Source of the DNA: Frankiales bacterium
Lineage (GTDB): Bacteria; Actinomycetota; Actinomycetes; Mycobacteriales; SCTD01
DNA length: 34,950 bases
Assembly (NCBI GenBank): GCA_025965735.1
Contig: JAOPWK010000076.1
Location: 1-34,950 of the forward strand
Reading direction: 5' to 3'
Below, piece after piece: positions 23,869 through 33,645 of the stretch. The notes below the pieces were generated by a model that had not been told where the DNA came from, made no database searches, and worked only from the letters and a program-made list of their open reading frames with translations. A program made the translations under genes and the position numbers. The stretch's first letter is position 1. Each line of letters opens with the position of its first letter.

Positions 23869-24158
23869 AGGGTTCTCCGCTGCTCGTAGGACGACTGGGT
23901 GAACGGGTAGTTCGCCGCCTGGACGCGAGTTCCTGCTCGTCCGGGTGGCGAGGCGGCGTGCCGCCTGATCCGTCCCCTGCCGTCCTGGTACCGGACGCTC
24001 AGGGAAGGGGGTCGCGTGCCCAGCGCGTCTGATGCACGGGCACCCTGTACCGTGGGCCTCTGGCACGGATCCGACGAACGACACGGGGACGTGCCGTCGG
24101 TCATGATCGTTGCCACCCGCGGGGTCCACACGCCCCGCCGTCGCGAAGGGGTCGAGCC

Positions 24159-24347
24159 ATGGGGCGCGGCCGTGCAAAGGCAAAGCAGACCAAGGTCGCT
24201 CGCGAGCTGAAGTACAGCACCGGCAGCCTGGATCCCGACCGCCTCAAGGCGGAGCTGGCCGGCGCGCCCGTGACGTCCCCGGCGGCGGTGGAGGCCGACG
24301 AGGACGACTTCGACGACCCCTACGCGCCCGTGGACGACGAGCGCTAG
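24159..24347 (+). CDS. DUF3073-family small conserved actinobacterial protein
   Basis: MGRGRAKAKQTKVARELKYSTGSLDPDRLKAELAG... followed by an acidic tail. Conserved position next to purM. Confidence 0.8.
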   Translation: MGRGRAKAKQTKVARELKYSTGSLDPDRLKAELAGAPVTSPAAVEADEDDFDDPYAPVDDER

Positions 24348-24358
24348 ACCAGCACCAC

Positions 24359-24395
24359 CGACGAAGGGCGGCCCGCGACGGGCCGCCCTTCGTCG
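24359..24395. terminator. Bidirectional hairpin terminator between the convergent DUF3073 and purM genes
   Basis: CGACGAAGGGCGGCCC (24359-24374) pairs perfectly with GGGCCGCCCTTCGTCG (24380-24395): a 16-bp stem with a 5-nt loop. Confidence 0.7.
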
Positions 24396-24411
24396 TCTGC
24401 GAAAGTCGCCG

Positions 24412-25458
24412 TCAGCTGGAGTGGCTGCCCGTCAGCGTGACGCTGCCGTCGCCCGCGACGACGGTGCCGGCCACCCAGGACGGGACGTGCCGCGCGGTCA
24501 GCAGCGCCAGCGCACGATCGACGTCCTCCGGCGCGACGAGCGCCACCATGCCGACGCCCATGTTGAAGGTGCGCTCCATCTCGGCCTGCTCCACGCGGCC
24601 GCGCGCCTGGACGAGGTCGAAGACCGGCTGCGGCCGCCAGGTGCCGCGGTCGACGGTGGCCGACAGGTGCTGCGGCAGCACCCGGGCCAGGTTCGCCGCA
24701 AGGCCGCCGCCGGTGACGTGGCTGAAGCCGTGCACCTCGGTCTCGGCGATGAGCGACAGGCAGTCCAGCGCGTAGATGCGGGTCGGCGTGAGCAGGTGCT
24801 CGCCGAGCGGCTCACCGAGCTCGTCGACGATCGCGTCAAGGCGCATCCGGGCGCCCTGCAGCAGGACGTGCCGCACCAGCGAGAAGCCGTTGCTGTGCAG
24901 GCCGCTGCTGGCCATCGCGATGACCACGTCGCCCTCGCGCACGCGGTCCGGCCCGAGGACGAGGTCCTCCTCCACGACGCCGACGCCGGTGCCCGCGATG
25001 TCGTAGTGGTCAACCGGCATGAGGCCCGGGTGCTCGGCGGTCTCGCCGCCGACGAGGGCGCACCCGGCGAGCTCGCAGCCGTGCGCGATGCCGCCGACGA
25101 TCTCGGCGATGCGCTCCGGGACGACCTGGCCGCAGGCGATGTAGTCCTGCATGAACAGCGGCTCGGCGCCGCAGACCACGAGGTCGTCCACGACCATGCC
25201 GACGAGGTCGATCCCGACCGTGTCGTGCTTGTCCAGCGCCTGCGCGATGGCGAGTTTGGTGCCGACGCCGTCGGTGGAGCTGGCGATCAGCGGGTTCTTC
25301 CACTTGTTCGTGTCGAGGCGGAACAGCCCGGCGAAGCCGCCGAGCCCACCGACGACCTCGGGTCGCCCGGCGCGCGCGATGCGGCCCTTCATGAGCTCGA
25401 CCGCGCGGTCGCCGGCGTCGATGTCAACGCCGGCCGCGGCGTAGGAGGACTCGGTCAC
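24412..25458 (-). CDS. purM: Phosphoribosylformylglycinamidine cyclo-ligase (AIR synthetase)
   Basis: From GTG 25458: VTESSYAAAGVDIDAGDRAVELMKGRIARAGRPEVVGGLGGFAGLFRLD...DGVGTKL... The start overlaps the purF stop (GTGA). The track ORF to 25842 is over-extended. Confidence 0.93.
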   Translation of the reverse strand: MTESSYAAAGVDIDAGDRAVELMKGRIARAGRPEVVGGLGGFAGLFRLDTNKWKNPLIASSTDGVGTKLAIAQALDKHDTVGIDLVGMVVDDLVVCGAEPLFMQDYIACGQVVPERIAEIVGGIAHGCELAGCALVGGETAEHPGLMPVDHYDIAGTGVGVVEEDLVLGPDRVREGDVVIAMASSGLHSNGFSLVRHVLLQGARMRLDAIVDELGEPLGEHLLTPTRIYALDCLSLIAETEVHGFSHVTGGGLAANLARVLPQHLSATVDRGTWRPQPVFDLVQARGRVEQAEMERTFNMGVGMVALVAPEDVDRALALLTARHVPSWVAGTVVAGDGSVTLTGSHSS

Positions 25459-27047
25459 GGGCGCGTCAGGGCGTCGCCGCCACCCTGCCCGCCGAGCACG
25501 GCGTCGAAGGGGTCGGCCGGGCCGACGCCGTTGTGCACGACCACCTGCCCGTTCGCCGCGTGGTCGTGCTTCACGTCGTGGTCGAGCTGGGCACTCTTGG
25601 CCAACCCTTCGAGGACGTGCTTGCCGATGAGGTCGCGCTGCGGGATCTCGATCGGGTAGTTGCCGTCGAAGCAGGCCCGGCACAGCCGCTCCGCCGGCTG
25701 TGCGCTGGCGCTGGTCAGCCCCTGCAGGCTCACGTAGGCGAGGGAGTCGGCGCCGATGCTGGCGCGCACCTCCTCGACGCCGAGGCCGCTGGCGATGAGC
25801 TCGGCCCGCGTCGCGAAGTCGATGCCGTAGAAGCAGGGCCACATCAGCGGCGGGCTCGAGATCCTCACGTGCACCTCGGCAGCGCCGGCCTCGCGCAGCA
25901 TCCGCACCAGCGCGCGCTGGGTGTTGCCGCGGACGATGGAGTCGTCGACGACGACGAGCCGCTTGCCGCGGACGACGTCACGCAGCGGGTTGAGCTTCAG
26001 CCGGATGCCCAGCTGGCGGATCGTCTGGCTCGGCTGGATGAACGTGCGCCCGACGTAGGCGTTCTTCACCAGCCCCATGCCGTACGGGATGCCGCTCTGC
26101 TCGGCGAACCCGATCGCCCCCGGGGTGCCGGACTCGGGGACCGGGATCACCAGGTCGGCGTCCGCGGGCGCCTCCCAGGCCAGCGTGCGGCCGACCTGCA
26201 CGCGCGTGGTGTAGACGCTCTGCCCGGCGATCTGGGTGTCCGGGCGGGCGAGGTAGACGTACTCGAACAGGCAGCCCTTCGGGGTCGCCTCGGCGAAGCG
26301 CTTGCTGCGCACGCCGTGCTCGTCGATGGCCAGCAGCTCGCCCGGCTCGACCTCGCGCACGAAGCTCGCGCCGACGATGTCCAGCGCGGCGGTCTCGCTG
26401 GCGACGACCCAGCCGTTCTCGGAGCGGCCCAGCACGAGGGGCCGGACGCCGTGCGGGTCACGGGCGGCGTACAGCGTGTGCTCGTCCATGAAGGTGAGGC
26501 AGAAGGCGCCCTTGAGCAGGGGCAGCACCTGCATCGCCGCCTCGTCGAGGCTCAGGTCGGGCTGAGCGGCGAGCAGCGTGGTGATGAGGTCCGAGTCGGT
26601 CGTCGCGCCCATGGAGCCCGCCCGCGGGTCGAGCTTCGCGGCGCGCTCGGCCAGCTCGCTGGTGTTGGTGAGGTTGCCGTTGTGGCCGAGGGCGAGGCTG
26701 CCGCCGGTCGCCAGGTTGCGGAAGGAGGGCTGGGCGTTCTCCCACGTGCCGCCGCCGGTGGTGCTGTAGCGCGTGTGGCCGATCGCGAGGTGGCCGCTCA
26801 GGCTGGACAGCGTCGCCTCGTCGAAGACCTGCGCGACCAGGCCGAGCTCCTTGTAGACCACCACCGCGCTGCCGTCGCTGACGGCCATGCCGGCTGCCTC
26901 CTGCCCGCGGTGCTGCAGGGCGTAGAGGCCGTAGTAGGTCAGCTTGGCGACGTCCTCGCCGGGGGCCCAGACGCCGAAGACGCCGCACTCCTCGCCGATG
27001 GCTCGCTCGGGCTGCAACAGGTCGAGCTCGTCGGGTGCGGGAGGCAC
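25455..27047 (-). CDS. purF: Amidophosphoribosyltransferase
   Basis: ...EECGVFGVWAPGEDVAKLTYYGLYALQHRGQEAAGMAVSDG... contains the N-terminal nucleophile Cys after a propeptide, plus a PRTase motif (VVVDDSIVRGNT). GTG 27047 has AGGAG 8 nt upstream. The codons between ATG 27119 and 27047 start with poor GC3, so the shorter form is preferred. Confidence 0.9.
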   Translation of the reverse strand: MPPAPDELDLLQPERAIGEECGVFGVWAPGEDVAKLTYYGLYALQHRGQEAAGMAVSDGSAVVVYKELGLVAQVFDEATLSSLSGHLAIGHTRYSTTGGGTWENAQPSFRNLATGGSLALGHNGNLTNTSELAERAAKLDPRAGSMGATTDSDLITTLLAAQPDLSLDEAAMQVLPLLKGAFCLTFMDEHTLYAARDPHGVRPLVLGRSENGWVVASETAALDIVGASFVREVEPGELLAIDEHGVRSKRFAEATPKGCLFEYVYLARPDTQIAGQSVYTTRVQVGRTLAWEAPADADLVIPVPESGTPGAIGFAEQSGIPYGMGLVKNAYVGRTFIQPSQTIRQLGIRLKLNPLRDVVRGKRLVVVDDSIVRGNTQRALVRMLREAGAAEVHVRISSPPLMWPCFYGIDFATRAELIASGLGVEEVRASIGADSLAYVSLQGLTSASAQPAERLCRACFDGNYPIEIPQRDLIGKHVLEGLAKSAQLDHDVKHDHAANGQVVVHNGVGPADPFDAVLGGQGGGDALTRP

Positions 27048-27196
27048 GCGGGGGGCTCCTGAGGAGGCGGTGGAGGCGGGGAAGCCGGCAGCTCGAGTGT
27101 ACTGGCGTGCATCTGCCACGACGCCCAGCGGAAGCGGCGCGCCCCGTCCGAGCGGGCGGAGCGGGGCGCAGCGCTTGCGCCGGCGACCGGCACCGG

Positions 27197-28756
27197 CTAG
27201 TTCACGCCGCGCTCGCGGCCTTCCCAGTACGGCGCCCGCAGCTCGCGCTTGAGCACCTTCATCGCGCCGGACAGCGGCAGCGGCTCTTCCCGGAACGACA
27301 CCGACTTGGGCACCTTGTAGCCGGCGATCAGCCCTCGGCAGTGGTCGATCAGCTCGGCCTCGTCCGCCGCGTGCTCCGGCTTCAGGACGACCACGGCGTG
27401 CACGGCCTCGCCGTACACGTCGTGCGGGACGCCGATCACGGCCACCTGCGCGACGGCCGGGTGCGAGGCCACGGCCTGCTCGACCTCGGTGGAGTACACG
27501 TTCTCGCCGCCGGTGACGATCATGTCCTTGGTGCGGTCCACGAGGTAGACGAACCCCTCGTCGTCGACCCGGCCGGCGTCGCCGGAGTGGTACCAGCCGT
27601 CGCGGAACGCCTCCTCGGTCTCCTCCGGTCGCCGCCAGTACTCGCGCATGAACTGCCCGCCACGGATGCAGACCTCGCCCACCTGGCCGACCGGCACCGG
27701 GTCGCCGTGCTCGTCCTGGATCTGCACGACCGTCCCCTGCACCGGACGACCAGCGGACGCGAGCTTCTCGTCGCGCAGGTGGTCCTCCGGCATGAGGATG
27801 CTGACCAGAGCGGCGCTCTCGGTCATGCCGTAGCCCTGGTACAGCTCGAGCTGCGGCTGGTCCGCCCGCAGCCGGTCGAGCACCGGCCGGGGCATCGGGG
27901 AGGCGCCGTACGTCAGGCGCTGCAGCGAGCGCAGTCGCTCAGGGCGGTACTCCGGGTGCGCGAACGTCATCGCGAGCATCGTCGGGACCATGATCGTGTT
28001 GGTGCAGGCGTGCTCCTCACACGCCTTCATCACACCGCCGGCGTCGAAGACCGGCACCGTCACCAGCGACCCGCCGGTGGTCGGCATCGCCACGATCGCG
28101 GCCATCGACGCGGCGTGGAACATCGGCACCTGCACGAGGTAGACGTCGTCGCGCTCGATCCGCACGGCCATGCCGATGTGGTACGCCGTGAGCATCAGGT
28201 TCCGCTGCGTCAGCAGCACGCCCTTCGGCAGGCCGGTGGTGCCCCCGGTGTACATCAGCAGGCAGGCGTCCTCCTCCTCCGGCTCGGCCGGCACGACCTC
28301 CTCGCCTGCCGTGATGAGGTCCTCGTACCGGTGGTCGTGCGGCACGTCGCCAGCGCCCATGAGGACGACCTTCTGCACGCCCGCTGCCTCGCGCACGGAG
28401 TCGATGACGCCGGCGAACCACACGTCGACGAACACGACCTTGGTCGCCGAGTCGCTCAGCACGTGCGTCAGCTCGCGCGGCGCGAAGCGCAGGTTGAGCG
28501 GGTTGATGACCGCCGCTCCGAGCATCCCTGCGTGGTAGAGCTCCTCGAACTGCCGGCTGTTCAGCGACATCACCGCCACCCGGTCCCCGGGCTCGATGCC
28601 GAGCTCCTTGCGCATCGCGTTGGCCAGCCGCAGCACGCGCGACGCGTGCTCGCCGTACGACGTCGTCGTCCCGGCGCCCGTGTCGGTGAGGAAGGGCTGG
28701 GAGGCGTAGCGGTCGACGGCCGGCAGCAGCTGCCGGTGCCAGACGAGCTCCTTCAA
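27197..28756 (-). CDS. AMP-dependent acyl-CoA synthetase/ligase (FadD-like)
   Basis: LLMYTGGTTGLPKGVLLTQRNL is the AMP-binding motif, with WYHSGDAGRVDDEGFVYLVDRTKDMI and PLSGAMKVLKRELR. TTG start with AAGGAG 6 nt upstream. Confidence 0.88.
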   Translation of the reverse strand: MKELVWHRQLLPAVDRYASQPFLTDTGAGTTTSYGEHASRVLRLANAMRKELGIEPGDRVAVMSLNSRQFEELYHAGMLGAAVINPLNLRFAPRELTHVLSDSATKVVFVDVWFAGVIDSVREAAGVQKVVLMGAGDVPHDHRYEDLITAGEEVVPAEPEEEDACLLMYTGGTTGLPKGVLLTQRNLMLTAYHIGMAVRIERDDVYLVQVPMFHAASMAAIVAMPTTGGSLVTVPVFDAGGVMKACEEHACTNTIMVPTMLAMTFAHPEYRPERLRSLQRLTYGASPMPRPVLDRLRADQPQLELYQGYGMTESAALVSILMPEDHLRDEKLASAGRPVQGTVVQIQDEHGDPVPVGQVGEVCIRGGQFMREYWRRPEETEEAFRDGWYHSGDAGRVDDEGFVYLVDRTKDMIVTGGENVYSTEVEQAVASHPAVAQVAVIGVPHDVYGEAVHAVVVLKPEHAADEAELIDHCRGLIAGYKVPKSVSFREEPLPLSGAMKVLKRELRAPYWEGRERGVN

Positions 28757-28791
28757 GACGTGCTCCTTCGTGTGGCGGGCGTCACACGAAC

Positions 28792-29148
28792 CTAGGGGGC
28801 GAGCGGCAGCCAGGGCGAGAGATCAGCACGATCTCCCCACGTCTTCACCCGACCGTCACGTGCGGCGTCCGCCCAGGCCAGCCCCCCGGCGCACAGCTCG
28901 ACGAACGCGACGGGCTCCACCTCGACGACGTTCGGCGGAGTGCCCCGCGTGTGGCGCGGGCCCTCGACGCACTGCACGGCGGTGAAGGGCGGCACGCGCA
29001 CCTCCACGTGCCGGCCGGGCGCGACCGCGGCGAGCCGCTCGGCGAGGCCGCGCACGGCCAGCGCCAGGTCCGGCTTCTCGTACGACGCCGACAGCACGCG
29101 GTCGACCGCTTCCGCGACGAGGACCGGGTCGCGGTGCTTCGGGGGCAC
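28792..29148 (-). CDS. Sterol-carrier-family (SCP2-like) small protein
   Basis: From GTG 29148: VPPKHRDPVLVAEAVDRVLSASYEKPDLALAVRGLAERLAAVAPGRHVEVRVPPFTAVQCVEGPRHTRGTPPNVVE... resembles actinobacterial 'sterol carrier family protein'. It starts 8 nt after the purL stop. The start is uncertain. Confidence 0.55.
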   Translation of the reverse strand: MPPKHRDPVLVAEAVDRVLSASYEKPDLALAVRGLAERLAAVAPGRHVEVRVPPFTAVQCVEGPRHTRGTPPNVVEVEPVAFVELCAGGLAWADAARDGRVKTWGDRADLSPWLPLAP

Positions 29149-29156
29149 GCGAGCGG

Positions 29157-31508
29157 CTAGACGGCTCCGGTCGCGGGGGCGGTCGCGACCGGGTCGCTGG
29201 GCGCCGTGCCACCGGCGAGCGGGCCGAACAGCGCCGGGAGCGTCCGCTCGTGCGCCTCGCGCAGCTCCTCGAGCGGCAGCGACAGCACGTCCTGCACGTC
29301 CAGGGTGCTGCCGTCGGTGACGCCGATGCGGGTGCAGGGAAGGCCGCGGGCGTCGCACATCTCGGTGAAGCGCAGCTCCTCCGAGCGCGGCACCGTGACC
29401 ACCGCGCGACCGGCGGACTCGCTGAACAGCTGCACGAACGGGTCCATGTCGGCCGGCAGGACGATGCGGGCGCCGATGCCCTTCGCGAGCGCGGACTCCA
29501 CGAGCGACTGCGCGAGGCCGCCGTCGGCGAGGTCGTGCGCGGACGACAGCATCCCGTCGCGCGAGCCGCTGACCAGCACCTCCGCCAGCACGCGCTCGCG
29601 GTCGAGGTCGACCGCCGGCGGACGCCCGCCGAGGTGGCGGTGCTCGGCCCAGGCCCACTCCGAGCCGCCGAGCTCGTCGCGCGTCTCGCCCAGCAGCAGC
29701 ACCGACTCGCCCTCCTCGGCGAAGCCCATCGGCGTGCGGCGGGCGACGTCGTCGAGCAGCCCGAGCACGCCGATGACCGGCGTCGGGTTGATGGCGGTGC
29801 CGGCGGTGGAGTTGTAGAAGCTGACGTTGCCGCCTGTGACGGGAGTGGCCAGCGCGCGGCAGCCGTCAGCCAGGCCGCGGGTCGCCTCGGCGAACTGCCA
29901 CATCACGTCGGGGTCCTCGGGGCTGCCGAAGTTCAGGCAGTTGGTGACCGCGATCGGGACGGCGCCGGTGGCGGCGACGTTGCGGTAGGCCTCGGCCAGC
30001 GCGAGCTGCGCGCCGGCGTACGGGTCGAGCCGGGTGTAGCGGCCGTTCCCGTCCGTCGACAGCGCGATGCCGAGCCCCGACTCGGACAGGCGCACGACGC
30101 CGGCGTCCTCGGGCCAGGCCAGGACGGTGTCGCCGAGCACGATGCGGTCGTACTGCTCGACGACCCAGCGGCGGCTGCACAGGTTGGGCGAGGCCACCAT
30201 GCGCAGCAGCAGCTCCTGCAGCTCGTCGGTGCGCGGGTACGCCGGCAGGTCCGTGGACTGCAGCTCGTCCTGGTCGGCCGGACGCGAGTACGGCCGCTCG
30301 TAGACCGGGCCCTCGTCGGCGAGCGAGCCCGGCGGGACGTCCACCACGACCTCGCCGTGCCACTCGACGACAAGCCGGTCGCCCTCGACGACCTCACCGA
30401 TCGCGGTCGCGAGCACGCCCCACTTGTCCGCGATCGCCAGCACCGCAGGCAGGTTCTGCGGCGTGACGATCGCGAGCATGCGCTCCTGCGACTCGCTGGC
30501 CAGCACCTCGTGCGGCTCCATCGACGCCTCGCGCAGCGGCACGCGGTCCAGGTGCGCGCGCATGCCGCTCTTGCCGGCGGCGGCGGTCTCGGTGAGGGCG
30601 CACGTGAGGCCCGCGCCACCCAGGTCCTGGATGCCTTCGACGAGCTTCGCGTCGTACATCTCGAGGCAGGCCTCGATGAGCAGCTTCTCCATGAACGGGT
30701 CGCCGACCTGCACGCTCGGGCGCCGTGTAGGACCGTCGGCGTCGAACGTCGCGGAGGCCAGGACGGAGACGCCGCCGATGCCGTCACGGCCGGTCTTGGC
30801 ACCGAGCAGCACGACCACGTTGCCGACGCCGCGGGCTGCGGACAGCTGGATGCGGTCGACCGGCATGACGCCGAGGCAGAGCGCGTTGACCAGCGGGTTG
30901 CCCTGGTAGGTCGGGTCGAAGACGACCTCGCCGCCGATGTTGGGCAGCCCCAGGCAGTTCCCGTAGCCGCCGATGCCCGCGACGATGCCGGGCAGCACCC
31001 GCTGAGTGTCCGGGTGGTCGGCGTCGCCGAAGCGCAGCGGGTCCATCACGAGCACCGGACGGGCGCCCATCGTGAGGATGTCGCGCACGATGCCGCCGAT
31101 GCCGGTGGCCGCGCCCTGGTACGGCTCGACGTAGCTCGGGTGGTTGTGCGACTCCACCTTGAACGTCACGGCCAGGCCCTCACCGACGTCGACGACGCCG
31201 GCGTTCTCACCCATGCCGACGAGCATGCGGTCGCCCTTGGGCAGGTCGCCGAACTGGCGCAGGTGCACCTTGCTGCTCTTGTAGGAGCAGTGCTCGCTCC
31301 ACATGATCGAGTACATCGCCAATTCGGTCTGCGTCGGCCGGCGGCCGAGAACCTCGCGGATGGCGGTGTACTCGTCGTCCTTGAGGCCGAGCTCCAGGAA
31401 CGGCTGGTCGAGGTCGGGGGTCTCGACCGTGCGCGCGACGGTGTCGACGAAGGAGCGGCCGGACGGAAGCGGACCGGCGGAGTCGTTCGCCGCGTCGTAC
31501 TCGCTCAC
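29157..31508 (-). CDS. purL: Phosphoribosylformylglycinamidine synthase subunit II
   Basis: From GTG 31508: VSEYDAAND...[41 protein letters not shown]...ESHNHPS... The start overlaps the purQ stop (GTGA). The track ORF to 31907 is over-extended. Confidence 0.93.
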   Translation of the reverse strand: MSEYDAANDSAGPLPSGRSFVDTVARTVETPDLDQPFLELGLKDDEYTAIREVLGRRPTQTELAMYSIMWSEHCSYKSSKVHLRQFGDLPKGDRMLVGMGENAGVVDVGEGLAVTFKVESHNHPSYVEPYQGAATGIGGIVRDILTMGARPVLVMDPLRFGDADHPDTQRVLPGIVAGIGGYGNCLGLPNIGGEVVFDPTYQGNPLVNALCLGVMPVDRIQLSAARGVGNVVVLLGAKTGRDGIGGVSVLASATFDADGPTRRPSVQVGDPFMEKLLIEACLEMYDAKLVEGIQDLGGAGLTCALTETAAAGKSGMRAHLDRVPLREASMEPHEVLASESQERMLAIVTPQNLPAVLAIADKWGVLATAIGEVVEGDRLVVEWHGEVVVDVPPGSLADEGPVYERPYSRPADQDELQSTDLPAYPRTDELQELLLRMVASPNLCSRRWVVEQYDRIVLGDTVLAWPEDAGVVRLSESGLGIALSTDGNGRYTRLDPYAGAQLALAEAYRNVAATGAVPIAVTNCLNFGSPEDPDVMWQFAEATRGLADGCRALATPVTGGNVSFYNSTAGTAINPTPVIGVLGLLDDVARRTPMGFAEEGESVLLLGETRDELGGSEWAWAEHRHLGGRPPAVDLDRERVLAEVLVSGSRDGMLSSAHDLADGGLAQSLVESALAKGIGARIVLPADMDPFVQLFSESAGRAVVTVPRSEELRFTEMCDARGLPCTRIGVTDGSTLDVQDVLSLPLEELREAHERTLPALFGPLAGGTAPSDPVATAPATGAV

Positions 31509-32185
31509 GCGTCCACCAGCGCCTTGAGCACCGAGGTGAAGAACACGAGGCCGTCGGTGCCAGCGGTGCCGATGAGGTCCTCCACCGCGTGCTCGGGGTG
31601 CGGCATGATCCCGACCACGTTGCCGCGCTCGTTGCGGATGCCGGCGATGTCGCGGGCGCTGCCGTTCGGGTTCGTGCCGAGGTAGCGGGCGATGACCCGG
31701 CCGCTGGCCTCGAGCTCGTCGAGCACCTCGGTGGAGGCGACGTAGTTGCCCTCGCCGTTCTTCACCGGCACGACGACCTCCTGGCCGCTCTCGTAGCCGT
31801 TGGTCCATGCGGAGTCGGTGCTCTCGATGCGCAGCCGCTGGTCGCGGTTGACGAAGTGCAGGTGCGCGTTGCGGGTGAGCGCGCCGGGCAGCAGACCGCT
31901 CTCGCACAGCACCTGGAAGCCGTTGCAGATGCCGAGCACCGGCAGCCCCCGTCTCGCCTGCTCGACCACGCTGGTCATGGCCGGCGCGAAGCGCGCGATG
32001 GCACCTGCACGCAGGTAGTCGCCGTAGGAGAAGCCACCCGGAAGGACGACCGCGTCGACGCCCTGCAGGTCGGCGTCGCCGTGCCAGAGCGCGACCGGCT
32101 CACCGCCTGCCAGCCGCACCGCGCGCTGGGCGTCCCGGTCGTCCAGGCTGCCGGGGAAGGTCACCACGCCGATGCGAGCCGTCAC
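31505..32185 (-). CDS. purQ: Phosphoribosylformylglycinamidine synthase subunit I (glutaminase)
   Basis: [35 protein letters not shown]...[14 protein letters not shown]...[12 protein letters not shown]...MPHPEH contains the Cys-His-Glu triad context. Confidence 0.93.
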   Translation of the reverse strand: MTARIGVVTFPGSLDDRDAQRAVRLAGGEPVALWHGDADLQGVDAVVLPGGFSYGDYLRAGAIARFAPAMTSVVEQARRGLPVLGICNGFQVLCESGLLPGALTRNAHLHFVNRDQRLRIESTDSAWTNGYESGQEVVVPVKNGEGNYVASTEVLDELEASGRVIARYLGTNPNGSARDIAGIRNERGNVVGIMPHPEHAVEDLIGTAGTDGLVFFTSVLKALVDA

Positions 32186-32195
32186 CCGCCCGAGG

Positions 32196-32699
32196 CTACC
32201 GGGGCGCGGGAGCGTCCTGCATGCGCTCGTCGTCCGACCAGGGCCCGTGCTCGGTCCTCGGCTTGCCCTCGGTGAGCTTCTTGATGGGCGCGTCGTCGAG
32301 CCACTCGAGCTGCTTCTCGAGGTGGACGACCGTGCCGACCTGCGGACGGCTGGTGAAGGTCACCTTGTCGACCAGCGCGCGCATCAGCTGGATGCCGCGG
32401 CCGTCCTCGGCGCTCGGCTCGGCCTCCGCGTGGCCCTTGACGCTCCCGTCGAAGCCGGCCCCGCGGTCGATGACCTCGATGACGCAGACGGTGCCGTCGA
32501 TGCCGGCCGACACCTCGTACTCGTCGGTCTCGGCGGCGTGGTCCAGCACGTTCGTGCACGCCTCGGTGAGCGCGAGCTCGATCGCGTGCACGACCTCCTC
32601 GGTGACGCCGAGGACGGTCATGCCGTTCTTCAGGACGGCGCGGGCGATCGGGACGGAGTACTCGTCGCGCGGCAGCGCCAGCGTGAGCTTGTACTCCAC
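32196..32699 (-). CDS. RsbW/SpoIIAB-like anti-sigma-factor serine kinase (HATPase_c_2) inserted between purS and purQ
   Basis: (V)[31 protein letters not shown]...[15 protein letters not shown] (N-box)...VIDRGAGF (G1)...[12 protein letters not shown] (G2). GTG lies 9 nt after the purS stop, and its own stop lies 10 nt before the purQ ATG. Confidence 0.8.
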   Translation of the reverse strand: MEYKLTLALPRDEYSVPIARAVLKNGMTVLGVTEEVVHAIELALTEACTNVLDHAAETDEYEVSAGIDGTVCVIEVIDRGAGFDGSVKGHAEAEPSAEDGRGIQLMRALVDKVTFTSRPQVGTVVHLEKQLEWLDDAPIKKLTEGKPRTEHGPWSDDERMQDAPAPR

Positions 32700-32708
32700 G
32701 CCGTCGGC

Positions 32709-32966
32709 CTATCCGCCGTGCCGGGGGCGCACGCGGAAGTCCTCGATGACCGGGTTGGCCAGCAGCGTCTCGGCCATCTTGGTCGCCAGCTCGAGCGCCG
32801 CCGTCTCGTCCTCGGCCTCGAGGGACAGCTCGACGTGCTTGCCGATCCGCAGGCTGCTCGCGGCCGGCAGGCCCAGCGAGGGCAGGGCGTTCAGGACCGC
32901 CTGCCCTGCCGGGTCGAGGATCTCGGGCTTGAGCATCACGTCGACGACGACCTCGTGCACTGCCAT
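32709..32966 (-). CDS. purS: Phosphoribosylformylglycinamidine synthase subunit PurS
   Basis: MAVHEVVVDVMLKPEILDPAGQAVLNALPSLGL...VELSLEAEDETAALELATKMAETLLANPVIEDFRV is the PurS signature. Confidence 0.92.
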   Translation of the reverse strand: MAVHEVVVDVMLKPEILDPAGQAVLNALPSLGLPAASSLRIGKHVELSLEAEDETAALELATKMAETLLANPVIEDFRVRPRHGG

Positions 32967-32978
32967 GCGTGCAGGCTA

Positions 32979-33004
32979 GCCCCCGGCCGCTGAGGGCCGG
33001 GGGC
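32979..33004 (-). terminator. Hairpin terminator downstream of the 33018-33527 gene and upstream of purS
   Basis: GCCCCCGGCC (32979-32988) and GGCCGGGGGC (32995-33004) form a perfect 10-bp stem with a 6-nt loop. Confidence 0.6.
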
Positions 33005-33017
33005 CTGCTCCGCGGTC

Positions 33018-33527
33018 CTAGCTGTAGGTGAAGACGAGCTTGCCGTCGGCGTTCGGGCCGCCGAGGAAGTTGCAGGCGCCGATGACGAGCGTCGTCGCCT
33101 TCTTCACCTTGATGACGGCCTTCTCCACGTTGTCCGTGCCGAGCGAGCCGTCGCTCCCGCTGACCTCGCCACCGGTGGTCGTGCCGCTGCCGATGCCGAG
33201 CACCTTGCCCTTGCCGTCCATGACGGTGATGTCCCAGTCGCCGGCGAAGCCGGTCAGGTCGACCTGGAGGGTGCCGGCGCCGGTGGTCTTGATGGTCTGG
33301 AACGTCGTGCTGATGCCCTCGAAGGCCGGGTCGGCGCAGCTGTTCGTCCCGTCCAGCGCCTCCTCGCCGACGAGCGGCAGCGGGATCGGCGCGTGCTGCA
33401 TCGACCACTCGACGACGATCGGCTTCGGCTTGGGCTTGGGCTTCGGCGGGGCGGCGACGGCGGGAGCGAGGGCGCCGGCCGCGACGACGAGCGTGAGAGC
33501 CGCAGGGAGCGCCTTGCGAACGGTCAT
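33018..33527 (-). CDS. Small secreted protein with a (PK)4 linker and a PPC-like beta-sandwich signature
   Basis: From ATG 33527, with GGAGG 8 nt upstream: MTVRKALPAALTLVVAAGALAPAVAAPPKPKPKPKP..., then ...LQVDLTGFAGDWDITVMDGKGKVLG...ATTLVIGACNFLGG... Confidence 0.65.
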   Translation of the reverse strand: MTVRKALPAALTLVVAAGALAPAVAAPPKPKPKPKPIVVEWSMQHAPIPLPLVGEEALDGTNSCADPAFEGISTTFQTIKTTGAGTLQVDLTGFAGDWDITVMDGKGKVLGIGSGTTTGGEVSGSDGSLGTDNVEKAVIKVKKATTLVIGACNFLGGPNADGKLVFTYS

Positions 33528-33645
33528 GGGGACTACCTCCGGGACGACTGCTGGGTGATCGAGTGCCGGAGGAGTTCGACGTCCCGCGTCCAGCACCTGC
33601 TTGCCGCTCGAGGGTCGATCGGTGCCGCCACGAGGACGACCGGCG

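Noticed and set aside
23869-24158. 290-nt intergenic region upstream of DUF3073, inspected for a riboswitch or ncRNA
   Set aside because: Only short, weak hairpins were found, and no recognisable riboswitch core (ZTP, purine, c-di-AMP type). It most likely holds two divergent promoters.
27048-27119. Longer purF form starting at ATG 27119
   Set aside because: The first nine or so codons have poor third-position GC (GCA GAT GCA ... ACT CGA GCT). The in-frame GTG 27047 has a well-spaced AGGAG. The longer form remains possible because actinobacterial PurF propeptides vary.
29250-31685. 811-aa plus-strand ORF antisense to purL. The same applies to 17907-19751 antisense to the HK, 25533-27062 antisense to purF, and 27035-28795 antisense to fadD.
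   Set aside because: All are mirror-frame artefacts of high-GC coding regions. The opposite strands carry unmistakable enzyme motifs.
33421-33450. Short tandem repeat (cttcggcttgggcttgggcttcgg)
   Set aside because: It encodes the in-frame (PK)4 linker of the secreted protein. It is low-complexity coding sequence, not a repeat element or CRISPR.
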